DNA of 64,000 nucleotides from Trichosphaerium sp. ATCC 40318 (taxonomy: Eukaryota > Protista > Tubulinea): the NCBI GenBank assembly GCA_038496445.1, contig JALMLS010000228.1:248001-312000 (forward strand), read 5' to 3'. Each line of letters starts with the position of its first letter. Position 1 is the first letter of the stretch. The position numbers were made by a program, and so were the translations under genes. This document shows positions 1-9,831 of the stretch, in pieces. Below the pieces are notes generated by a model. It ran no database searches and was not told where the DNA came from. It saw nothing but the letters and a program-made list of their open reading frames with translations.

Positions 1-1330
1 TGACATTTTCTTTAGTACGGCCATGTACAGCCAAAAGCTACATGATTAAAGTCAGTGCAAATAGTACAATGTAAGAAATTTTTTTTTATACCTGAGCACC
101 AGCCTCTTCAATGCCCTTTGCAAGTGCTATTGTATCATCATCATTTTTTAGAATACGTATTTTAGCAAAAACTGGTATTTTTAATCCATCTGCAAGTGTT
201 TTAACTACAGTAACAATAAGCGAACCGAGTTTTAACAAAGAAGTAATTGCGAAAGTTCTCCATTGATTTTTAGCAAAATCACAAAACGAAGAGGCCATAG
301 ACCAACTCGCTTGTATTCCAGAAATTGGGATATAGCTAATTAGCATACACCCACGAGACTTGGATTGTAGTTTTCAAATAGCAACGAGTGTTGATCCGGG
401 TGGACGTCACTTCATTCACTTACTACCCCAAGCGCAAAGACATGAGTATTGTATTGAATTGTAGTATTTAAACAAGTGCATATTAACAAATAAAAAATTA
501 TGGTACATAGAACATAGCAAAGCGAAAGACAATCAAGCAAATTCATTGAAACTGAACTGTTATTTTTTTCATAAATTTCGCAGATTTACTTGACTTGTAA
601 AAAACACGTGCCTATATGAAAAACCTTTTCGGGTGTCTCTAGTAAGAAAGCACCATATCCACCTTTTCTTGCACATCGTTGTGGACAACCAAGGTTTATA
701 TCTATAGCGTCACATTGATCTTCAATTATTCTCGCTGCATCCAGTAGTATTGACGCGTCTGTTCCATTAAATTGAGCTACGAGTGGTCTGTTTATCGAAA
801 AATAGTGTAAGCCATGGAGCTAATTGCGTGTTAATAATTTTTGGGACCTGTCATCCGGAGAAGGGTCAAAATGCTTTTGTCTATATGTAGGATCCTTTCT
901 GAAGTTAAAACTATGCGTTGGATAAGTTTCGGTGGAGAAATTGATGCAAAGTCTTTTTGAATGCGTACGCATGCATCATTGGCGTATATGTGAGCTCTGC
1001 ACCATATCTAAAAGCGTATTATATTTATTTACAGAAAGAATTGTGTTTTTCTTGTATAATTCTTCGAGCGTATAGTATGCGCGTCGTACCTCCTTGTAAG
1101 CAAACGGAATGCCAATTCGGACCCATCTACCTATAAAAAGCTGTAAAATCGCTAATATACGTCTGATTATTACCATAGGTGCCACCATTAGGCGAGGAGC
1201 TCCTAATTTTTCAAATGTAGCGTAAGCTGTTGTTTCTACAAGTACATTAGCGAAATGTACCAACAGGCACTCTTGTACTTTTTTGCTCCATTGTTATAGA
1301 CTTGTAGGCGTGAGTTATCTTTCTCAACAT
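1..1330 (-). CDS. DUS1: tRNA-dihydrouridine synthase (DUS1-like), spliced, 3' end runs off window
   Basis: Spliced translation gives LMVAPM|VDGSELAFRLLTR, YTPMMHA, RPLVAQF, DAIDINLGCPQRCARKGGYGAFL, PVFAKIRI, LAVHGRT, all Dus family motifs. ATG at 1330. Confidence 0.9.
281..441 (-). ncRNA. U4: U4 spliceosomal snRNA inside DUS1 intron 205-611
   Basis: Minus strand has GUCUUUGCGCUUGGGG (U6 stem II partner), a 5' stem-loop with K-turn (UGA-AGU-GA-CG...CG-GA-UCA), UUGCUAUUUGAAAAC (stem I), hairpin GGGUGUAUGCUA/UAGCUAUAUCCC, Sm site AAUUUCUGG and a terminal hairpin. Confidence 0.88.
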
Positions 1331-1663
1331 TAAATTAAGTCATTGCACGAAAATACGTTTGTTGAATACATGTTGGACAAATTATTCTTTTGCATAATTA
1401 ATTCACTTGAGCATTCCAATAGTTGAAGATGTATGACTGGTTTATGGTTCCCTGTCGACATTACTAAAGGCTCAGCAACAAGTGATCAGTAAATCACTTT
1501 CTACCACATGGTACATGTTTTATTTTGACACGTGCTATACAAGTTGTACCAAATACTTAGTCATGGCAGGGATTGTCAGGAATGGTAGAACCTGATGACT
1601 ACAAACGTTTTTGGGTTCAGTTATGACTTTACTGTACTAATATCGTGGGTAACTTCTGTTCGG

Positions 1664-2409
1664 TTATTCGTTGTCCCATCCTAAATTTCGTGCTTGCTTT
1701 CTACTTCTTGCCTTTTTTCGTTTTGCATCTCTACAATTATGGCGATTCCTATTAAGGTCTCTGTGAGTTGGATCTGTGTACACAGTTACAGGAAGTTGTC
1801 CTAATTCATATCTCTCTTTAGCAAGCAGTTCAACATACGACACTAAATAACAAAAAAATTAGCTAAAAAATATGGTTCTTTGCAAGTCACGTGCCAGAAC
1901 GGTGTCTTCCTATTAGACAACCTATAGCAATAGTAGCAGAGATTGTATCTTCGCAATTATCAAGATCAATATCGTTTTCAAGGAAAGTTATGATGGAGTC
2001 ATGTACTGAACTGACTGTCTCTTCGTAATGTCTTCAAAATGCGTTAATAAACACATAATAGCATCACACGATCACTGGTACCTTGCAACGCGCTTGTCAG
2101 ATAAAAATTCTTTCCTTAAAGCCTAGTCTGCGGTTAGACTCTTCAGTGATGTATTTCCAATCGGGAAGTATATTTAAAGTTCAGGTGTACCTTGTCTAGT
2201 CCTGTGTAGCGTTTAAGGAAGTCTGATTTTGGGCTGGGTAATTTTTGAATATTGTACACTCTTATCAAGTTTGGATAGTCTCCACTCGATTTAGGAACGC
2301 CAAATCTATGCCCAAACGATACAAACGTCAGTGCTAACGTGATTTGCCTAAAACGCTCTAAGAATACACCCACATATTATACACGCGAGACATACTGTTT
2401 CCTGGCCAT
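1664..2409 (-). CDS. Stand-alone RapZ C-terminal-domain protein (5 exons)
   Basis: Spliced product has FVSFGHRFGVP, LPSP...TGLDK|ALRKEF, IAIGCLIGRHRSV and HRDL, matching RapZ-CTD motifs SFGFKHG.P, TGLD, IGCTGG.HRSV, HRD. Confidence 0.8.
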
Positions 2410-2690
2410 TATAATAAAATTATGCCGAAATTGTGGTGAACAGTTAAGCAAGAATAGTGATCAAACTTGCGTCAAAATACGTTTGAAGACGTATAAACGT
2501 ATGTGGTTTAGTTGTTGTCATCGTACACATCGTTGAATATGTTTGAATTGCTTTTTTTGTAAAGGTTACACTACACGAAACTACGTGGCATCGTAGCCTA
2601 CAGGCATAAGGTAAACCCGTTTAGACCGCCACGAATCTTAAATCCTAGACCCACTCCTAAAAAACCATCGCGATCGTGACATAGAGCATA

Positions 2691-5174
2691 ATGGCAGCAC
2701 CAGGTACCGTTTTTTAGTTGGTTACTAAACTGCGAAAGCGTGTCTCGTTCAAACCCACTATCGACCTCAATAACACGTATTTCGACCGTAATTAACTCAT
2801 TAATGCGTTTAGCGAAAAAACGATCGTTAAAAGTACAAATTTCTGGCAAAGGACTAAAAGGAGGCTCTATTGGTACGCTACATTGTTTGTTTGAGGTGTA
2901 TCGCTCATATTTTTCTAGACAACATCCAAGACAGGCAAATTACTGTGCAATTGATTGACGGCGAGGGTAAACCGCGTCTCGACATACAATATCCTACTTT
3001 TAGCTATTTTTCTATTTATTACTATTCAGCCGCTTTTTATGATTCTTAACTACTCCTCACGGATAACCTCCTGTCATGCGTAATTGAAGACCTCCAGAGA
3101 ACATCAGTCAAATTTACTAAAGTGCGCCAACCAAACGGTACGCCCGCCCGAATACGCTTAAAACCAACAACGTATAATACTCGTTGCTTTAAACTACTTT
3201 CTACAACGCATCTATTGCTGACAGCCGATTTCTAGGCAGTTTTTTGATTACATATGAACCACAATCACCTGGTACATACTTCATAAGCCTTTTCTTATAC
3301 AAGAGTATGCTAAATCGTGGTAAAAAGTTCATGCCAAAGTTTGTCAGCGAGGTACAAAACACCATCTCAATAAAATAGATTCTCCACTTTCTTTTCCCTC
3401 TGAACTTACTTTATATCATAGCTTCTTGTGCCTAGCGCAAGCGCTTCTTCTTCTACATCACCTACGGCATCAGCGAGACATACTAAACAAAGAAGGAAGA
3501 TCACACCTAGAAATAAACGCGAAGCAAAAAAAATGAGCTTTCAAGAAAAATTGAAAACAGAAGCAGAGGCTGAATATGAAGCCTTCTTAAAATCACAAAA
3601 GGGAGAAGCACCAGTTTCACCTGTTGTAGCGCCTTTAGCGGCACCTATACCTATACCGGAAGAACCAGCATCAGTTCCTGAACCAGCTGAGAAACAAGCA
3701 CCAACACCAGAACCTAAGGCGCCTGAACCTATAGAACAAGCTCCTGAGCCACCTAAGGAACAACCTGAACCACCTGTAGAAGAAAACGGTACGAAATCTG
3801 TTGAAGAACCAGAGAAACAACCAGTTGAGGCCGAAATGCAACCAAAAGAAGAAGTCAAAGAAACACCAAAAGAAACGCCTCAGCCATCATCCAACCCTGA
3901 ACCAAGTCAACCAGAAGAACCTAAACCTGTAGCATCTAGTGATGGACCTGGACCTTTAAGAACACGGAGTAATAGTTTCAGAGACTTACAACCTGAGCAT
4001 GCTGATACTATTGATGGTATTGGTACATTTAGAAAAAGGAAATCAAGCGAAAATATATTACAAAACTTGCCCAAGTTAACTGAAAAACCTGAAAAGAAAG
4101 TGAGTTTCAATAACCAAGTTGATATATGGCAGGTTACGTAAGTTATTCGTGTATATATACATTTCATAGACTAACACTGGTATTTATTGTAGTCCTACAC
4201 CAACAGAAGAGGGGTACATGAAGGATATTAAAGTAGCTTCTAGAAATTTAAATATTTATCACGTGAGTGTTACTCTCAGTCTTTGTTTTGCTCTTTGTTA
4301 TGTGGTATTAATGTTTTATAGAACAATGGAGATATCAAAGGATTATCTCATGTTGAGGCTCTTGTAGAATTAGCCGATTCTGTACAGCAAATAGGCCACT
4401 ATTTGGTATGGTTTGTTTTATCCTTTTTTTTTTCAATTTTTTTTTGTTGCATTCTTTGGGCGTTTATTAATTATATTGTACGAAGGTCAATAACTTTGAA
4501 AATGTAACACTTTCATTAACAAACCACGACGAAGATTTAATGGAGAAAGTCCAACAACATTTGGCTTTATTGAGAACATTTGTAGGCCTGGTACGTATTT
4601 TCATAAAGTTTATGCGCCTCATATATCTTAGGACCCTGGTTTTGCTCCTCCACCACCGCCTGCCTTTGAAGAAGAATTTAACGCTGGTTTCTTGGGAGAT
4701 GCGCCACCACCTCCACCAGGGGATAGTCCAATCGGTGACTCATCAGGCATAGATGCTATTGCACCATTTGCCGATATGGTGCGAATACATTTATTTAATT
4801 TTGACTTATAAACAACCTCAGGGAGCCCCACCACCTTTGCCTGATATTAATAATGAACCACCTCGTCCTGCAATGATGGGAGGACTTGCTGGAGCTCTAA
4901 GTAATGTACATTTGAAAAAAACGCCAGCTAAGAGCGAAACTGATTTACCACCATTACCAAGAAGTCCAAGAGATGATATTGCTGCTGCAATATCTCAAGG
5001 TATAAAATTGAAGCATGTAGAAAGGTACAGTGGTCTTAGTTATTGGTTTCTAAACGATATATTTACCCTGAGTTTAGCGATGATGCGCAAGGAAATTTTG
5101 AAATTGCAGGGTCTCTTACTGATTGGCAAGCAAGTTTACGACAAACAGATAATGGAAGTGACTTGTTCAATTAA
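2691..5174 (+). CDS. Filamin-type Ig repeat, Pro/Glu-rich linker, polyproline and WH2 motifs (actin regulator)
   Basis: Spliced N-terminus SGKGLKGG...QITVQLIDGEGKPR...NGSFLITYEPQSPGTYFISL (filamin repeat) joins ORF 3428. C-terminus has PPPPP, GLAGALSNVHLKKT and RDDIAAAISQGIKLKHVE (WH2). KKVSF is an RVxF-like motif. Confidence 0.75.
2989..3060 (+). other. U12-type AT-AC intron
   Basis: 5' ATATCCT, branch site TTCTTAAC about 10 nt before a terminal AC. Removal restores the filamin-repeat frame (LDIQ|DNLL). I found no GT-AG solution that avoids the in-frame TAA at 3047. Confidence 0.8.
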
Positions 5175-5560
5175 CTTGAGATAAAAAAAAAAGAGGCAAA
5201 GAACTTGTACATTTTCTTTTCTACAACGTTATAACTCAATGGTGAGAAACGTGCAAAAAAATACATACACGTGTAAATTGATAAAGTTGTGTTATTGTTG
5301 GTTTGGTGCTAAAGCGAAAACTTGAATTGTAAATCGTGTGCAGCTTTTGTTTTTGAAATAAAAGACTTTCACTCGTAGAGTGATGGAGATGGTACAACCT
5401 AAGAAACAAGGTTGTAATTCCTTGTCGGCATCTGTAAGTACCTATTGGCTGTATCACGTGCGTGTACATTAAGCCAGGATATGGTTCATTGAATTTCTTT
5501 TTTTTCAAAACATCCCTAAAAGTTTCAAAAAACCAAACAAGCAGTTGGATAACAACACGT

Positions 5561-7740
5561 ATGGGAAACATATTTAACCGTAAGAGGAGAACGCAGGCGC
5601 CAGTTAGCGACATAAGCGCTTCAGAAGAGAGCGAAAAAGCATTAGACATTGATTCAGGCCACTCAATCAGTATAGTATGTATTGTTAGCACATTAGAATT
5701 AAAATTAACGGGTGTACAGAGAACTTTGACAGGAAAAACTTTATGGATAACAGTTGAACCTTCTAATACTGTTGAAGAGCTTAAACAGATGATCTATGAC
5801 GTAGACGGTGTCCCAGAGGACCAACAGCGTCTTATATACGCCGGTACGCGTATTTTTTTAAAGAACTAAAGCAATATCGTTCAAACGCTTATTAACACAG
5901 GTAAACAACTTGAGGACGGGCGAACGATGGAAGAATACCATCTTACAGGTAAAAACAAAAAAAGCCGATCATTCAACTAAAAAATACTCTTTCGCAGATT
6001 CTTTCAGTAAGCTTCAGAACGAAGCCCAGATAGCTGCTGGTGCTCTTATTAGTCTAAGAGACGAAGACCTTTACACTGGCCCCGAAGTTCACTTAGTACT
6101 CCGTCTACGTGGAGGTATGTACCATGAGACGAGCGGGCGTAATGATATGCATAACATTGCAACACGTGAGCCACGAACTCGCAAAGTTAAAGAGGTTAAT
6201 GTACGATCAAAAAAACCCCAGTTGAAACTTTTTTTTGTTGACTCTTTGTCTTTAGAAGAATTTCATCTATGTAAAGACAGAAACAGGGTCTGTACTGGAA
6301 ATACCTGTATCGAAAGCAAGGATATCAGGAAAGGAAATTAGAAGTACGTGTAGGAACAAGGTTTTATGTGGAGGGTAAAAACATTTAATGGATCTTACCC
6401 GAAAAAAAAACCCCTTATTCATTAACACCCTTTACAGAACTTGTGAAAAAGAAGTTACACATCGAATCAATGTCAGTTGATGAGCTTAAAAAAATGGCAT
6501 TTGATACAGTACAAGAGGATTGACAAGAAAGCAAAGAGGTTCGTTTCTAAACCAAAAATTAAAAAAAATTCGGGGTTTGCTTAAACTGGTTGTTGTAGAG
6601 CAATTCTGATAACAAATTGCTTGATATACCGAAAGAAGATCTAAAAGTAAGCCTACTAATAAGAAACAAAATAAATAATAAACCTACTTTTATTGCACAC
6701 GTGTTGAAACAATGAAGAGATTTTATAACTCATCTTTTTTTGTAGAAAATGTTGATCAAAGAGAACGAGCTTCGAAAGTCTCCAGAAACACAGGCTCTAT
6801 ACAAAAAAGCAGAAATGACAGATGAAACAGATTGGATGGAAGTTACAGATATGTTACAAAGACAGATACTCCGTGACTATGGTCTTGATGAAGTAGACTT
6901 GGAAAAAGGTAAGCAAAATATAGCTCCAAGTATTTCAAACTGACGGCTTCGCTTCTAGGTTTATTCTCACTCAGGACCGCTACAAAGCGGTTTCCAGAAC
7001 TATCTGATATCCCTCTTTATGTAAAGTACAACAGAGCAAGACAAGGTGACCTAACTGTTGGTGATCCTGCACCAAATGTTCCATTGGTTACTCTTGATGA
7101 AGTGAAAGTACATAGTCTTTGACCTTGCTTGTTTATTTTCTAATTGTTGTAGTGCGACTTGCACGATTACTGTAGTTCATCTAGACCTTTATTGTTAATG
7201 GCAGGATCATACACGTGACCACCATTGCGCGGTTTGATGAAGCATATTGAAATTCTTTTCAATGATTTCAAAGACCGTGCAGACTTTCTTTGCGTTTATA
7301 TTCTCGAAGCGCATGCTCAAGACGAATGGTATTCATATCTCTTTCTTCATAAAATGAACATAAGAACTATAGTTACTAAGATATTTGTAGGCCTATTTCA
7401 AGCGCAAGATTTCATGATGGCGAACCAGTCATTTTGATTCAACAAAAAACAATATCTGAGCGTGTTGAGACAGCCAAAGCATTCGTAAAACGTTATGAAA
7501 CTGAAGTACCTGTTGTATGTGATACTATGACCAACGAGTTTGAGAAAAAATATGCTCCTTGGCCTGTAAGGTTCTACATAGTAAACAACAGGAAAATGGC
7601 TCACATTGAAAATCCAGAGGTAAAAAAATGTCTTTTTTCTTTTTTGCCACGTGGTTCAACCATGTACTCACTTTTTCTTAAAGGGATGCACGTATTATAT
7701 CGGTCGTGTACGTAAAGCGTTAGAATCCATACTGGATTAG
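5561..7740 (+). CDS. Ubiquitin-like domain fused to an iodothyronine-deiodinase-like selenoprotein (Sec UGA at 7216-7218)
   Basis: Exons 5561-5674, 5720-5843, 5901-5948, 5998-~6200, 6256-6343, 6438-6508 (or 6538), 6599-6646, 6746-6908, 6959-7107, 7153-7328, 7391-7619, 7684-7740. Ubiquitin motifs: RTLTGK, QQRLIYAGKQLEDGRT, HLVLRLRGG. Deiodinase motifs: GDPAPN, AGSYT-U-PPLR, ADFLCVYILEAHAQDEWP, VVCDTMTN, YAPWPVRFYIV. Confidence 0.85.
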
Positions 7741-7753
7741 ATATCTTGAAAAT

Positions 7754-7837
7754 CACATGAACAAGAATGAAGCTTCCTTTGGCAAAGCCTTTTTTACAAG
7801 GCACCAAGGTAATTATGCTGACATACATTTGTTTGTG
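7754..7837 (+). promoter_or_regulatory. SECIS element (form II) in the 3' UTR of the deiodinase-like gene
   Basis: ATGAA core (7767), 12-nt helix II arm, unpaired AAA (7784-86), apical helix GCCTT/AAGGC, 3' arm CCAAGG...GC, TGAC (7819), and helix I CATGAACAA/TTGTTTGTG. Starts about 25 nt after the TAG; AATAAA lies near 7861. Confidence 0.72.
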
Positions 7838-7989
7838 TATCAAGTTGTACTTGTAGTATAAATAAATAAACACATTGTGGACGGCGTAAAGCTGATCAAA
7901 AACTCCACAAACAGCATTATTTAGCAATTTAACATACACTTTACAAATCTTAATAACACAAAAGAGTACTAAGTTCCTTACGTAATTAG

Positions 7990-8988
7990 CTAAAGCCTCC
8001 AACAACAGTAGGTTTTAGGGTAGTGTTTATCCAAAATACAGCAATAAAGCCGTCTTATATGCGCTCCTTTCAGTGCTCTCAACCCAACACGTGTCACATT
8101 AGTGTGGCTAAGATAGATAGTATGAACACCAACCAATGCTTTGACACCTTCATCAGTTACATATGTGTAATGAAGATTTATGGTGTGAACGCCAGCTAGT
8201 GCTTTGATGCCTTCATCTGTAGCACAAGTCTGAGAAAGATTTATGGTATGCACACCAGCTAGTGCTTTGATACCTTCATCTGTCACACAAGTGTACCGAA
8301 GATTTATTGTATGAACACCAACCAACGCTTTTACACCTTTATCTGTCACACGTGTATCACATAGATTTATAGTATGCGCGCCAGCCAATGCTTTGACTCC
8401 TTTATCTGTTACACAAGTGCGACAAAGATCAATTGTATGAACACCAGCCAATAATATGATACTTTCATCAGTCACACTTGTATAGGAAAGATTAATTGTA
8501 TGTGCACCAACCAACGCTTTGACACCTTTGTCTGTCACACAAGTATCAGAAAGATCAATTTTATGCACACCAGCAAGTGCAATGATGCCTTTATCTGTCA
8601 CGTTAGTCCGAGAAAGGTCTATTGTATGGACACCTGCCAGTGCTTGTACAAGTTTTTGTTGAACATGACGAATACAAATAGAAATAGAAAAGGCGTCCTT
8701 GAGGTGCTTTCTGAATTGTCTTGCTGTTATAATGTAATAAATCCTTACATTACACGATCTTAAATAAAAAGGGTAGTTCTGTTCGTGATATCTTTCAAGT
8801 TGTTCTTGGTTTTCTATTTTAATAATGCGTGCTGGTGGTGTATAGTCTAAGTAATCTTGTGCTATATCCAAAAACAGTGTACATGTTAGTCTTACATACA
8901 GACTGTAGCTTTTCGGAACACAACGAAGGATTCTAACCAATATTTCGTATGGTAGAGCACCAAGCAATCCAGCTGTGTGGGTTTCCAT
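7990..8988 (-). CDS. Intronless F-box + 21-aa LRR protein
   Basis: N-terminal LPYEILVRILRCVP...LTCTLF (F-box), then 9 tandem GVHTIxLxxTxVTDxGxKALx repeats (63-nt unit). Confidence 0.9.
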   Translation of the reverse strand: METHTAGLLGALPYEILVRILRCVPKSYSLYVRLTCTLFLDIAQDYLDYTPPARIIKIENQEQLERYHEQNYPFYLRSCNVRIYYIITARQFRKHLKDAFSISICIRHVQQKLVQALAGVHTIDLSRTNVTDKGIIALAGVHKIDLSDTCVTDKGVKALVGAHTINLSYTSVTDESIILLAGVHTIDLCRTCVTDKGVKALAGAHTINLCDTRVTDKGVKALVGVHTINLRYTCVTDEGIKALAGVHTINLSQTCATDEGIKALAGVHTINLHYTYVTDEGVKALVGVHTIYLSHTNVTRVGLRALKGAHIRRLYCCILDKHYPKTYCCWRL

Positions 8989-9007
8989 TTAAACGTTACT
9001 TTCTAGG

Positions 9008-9410
9008 CTTATGGTGGCGAAGTAGAGTAGTAATAATTTACCTATTGTGGTCGTACGAGAAGATGCGACAGTGAAAATTTCTATCTAGTACTACCTTTCC
9101 GAAGTATTCTGTGAATAATATGCGAATCAGCCTAAGGCACTGATGATGTCTTAACAATTGTAATAATCGCTGTGGTCACCGAGACGGTGGACCCTATTGG
9201 GTCGGTCTTGATAAGCAGGACAGTTTTAAACGCGAGCAGCAGCAAAGGCGCCCAAATAGGCAGTAGCCAAGACAACGAAGGCGGTGTTCCAGTATAGACA
9301 GCTGGAATGTGGACATGGAAGTCGTCATCCTCTAACTTCTCACCAGCCGAATTGGGACGTGCCGAAAATGGATGGCGCTAAACTGCCTTAGCCACCGCTG
9401 CGATCGCCCC
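9008..9410 (+). pseudogene. Degenerate LSU (28S) rRNA domain-II fragment
   Basis: Collinear matches to conserved LSU motifs: ATCTAGTA...TCCGAAGT, GCGAAT, TAAGCAG, AAGGCGCCC, TATAGACAGC.GG...TGG.CATGGAAGTCG..ATCC.CTAA, CTCACC.GCCGAAT, GAAAATGGATGGCGCT. Internal deletions are present (for example GGAGTGTGTAA is missing). Confidence 0.8.
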
Positions 9411-9808
9411 GGCTCGACCCAGAAACTAAACATGGATACCGTTGTTAGGCCTACTTATATACACAATAAGATAAAGTTGATCGTTCGTTCTTACACCCTT
9501 TGTTACAGAGATGAAGGTTATTGTAGACATGTTCATACTACAGTTTCATACAAGAGTGACAGATACAGGTGTTATGGCTTTGGTTTCACAATACTGCATT
9601 TTAGTGCTGGCAGTACTGGTTGGAAAGTTGGTTAACATCACTAAGAGACATGCAAAAACATAGCACTGTACAAGCTTGGTTTATATAGTATGCCTGTTGT
9701 AGCTAGTCAAATAACGAATGCATATTCATCTATGTGATGAAAAGATTGAGAGTATCAAAAATGAGTATTGCGATATAAAGAGATGTAGTTGTGTGGGTAA
9801 AATAATTG

Positions 9809-9831
9809 CCTCACTGTTAGCAACAGTGAGG
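9809..9831. repeat. Short perfect hairpin CCTCACTGTT-AGC-AACAGTGAGG; half-site GCAACAGTGAG recurs near 9878
   Basis: Seen directly upstream of the secreted-protein gene. Confidence 0.6.

Noticed and set aside
2598-2849. 83-aa minus-strand ORF
   Set aside because: Antisense to the first exons of the filamin/WH2 gene, no ATG and no recognisable motif.
3541-3858. Gly/Ser-rich minus ORF (similarly 36042-36587, 55941-56285, 30151-30750)
   Set aside because: Antisense shadows of real genes.
7216-7218. TGA read as a pseudogene-causing stop or a genome-wide code change
   Set aside because: It aligns to the deiodinase Sec position, the downstream frame is intact and a SECIS follows. Other genes here end in TGA normally (for example 15519, 43120, 50507).
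8080-8660. 63-bp tandem repeats as a CRISPR-like array (also 14380-14970)
   Set aside because: They are in-frame coding LRR units in a eukaryote, with no repeat-spacer structure and no cas genes.
9008-9410. Functional rRNA gene
   Set aside because: Only about 400 nt, conserved segments are deleted, and there is no flanking rDNA.
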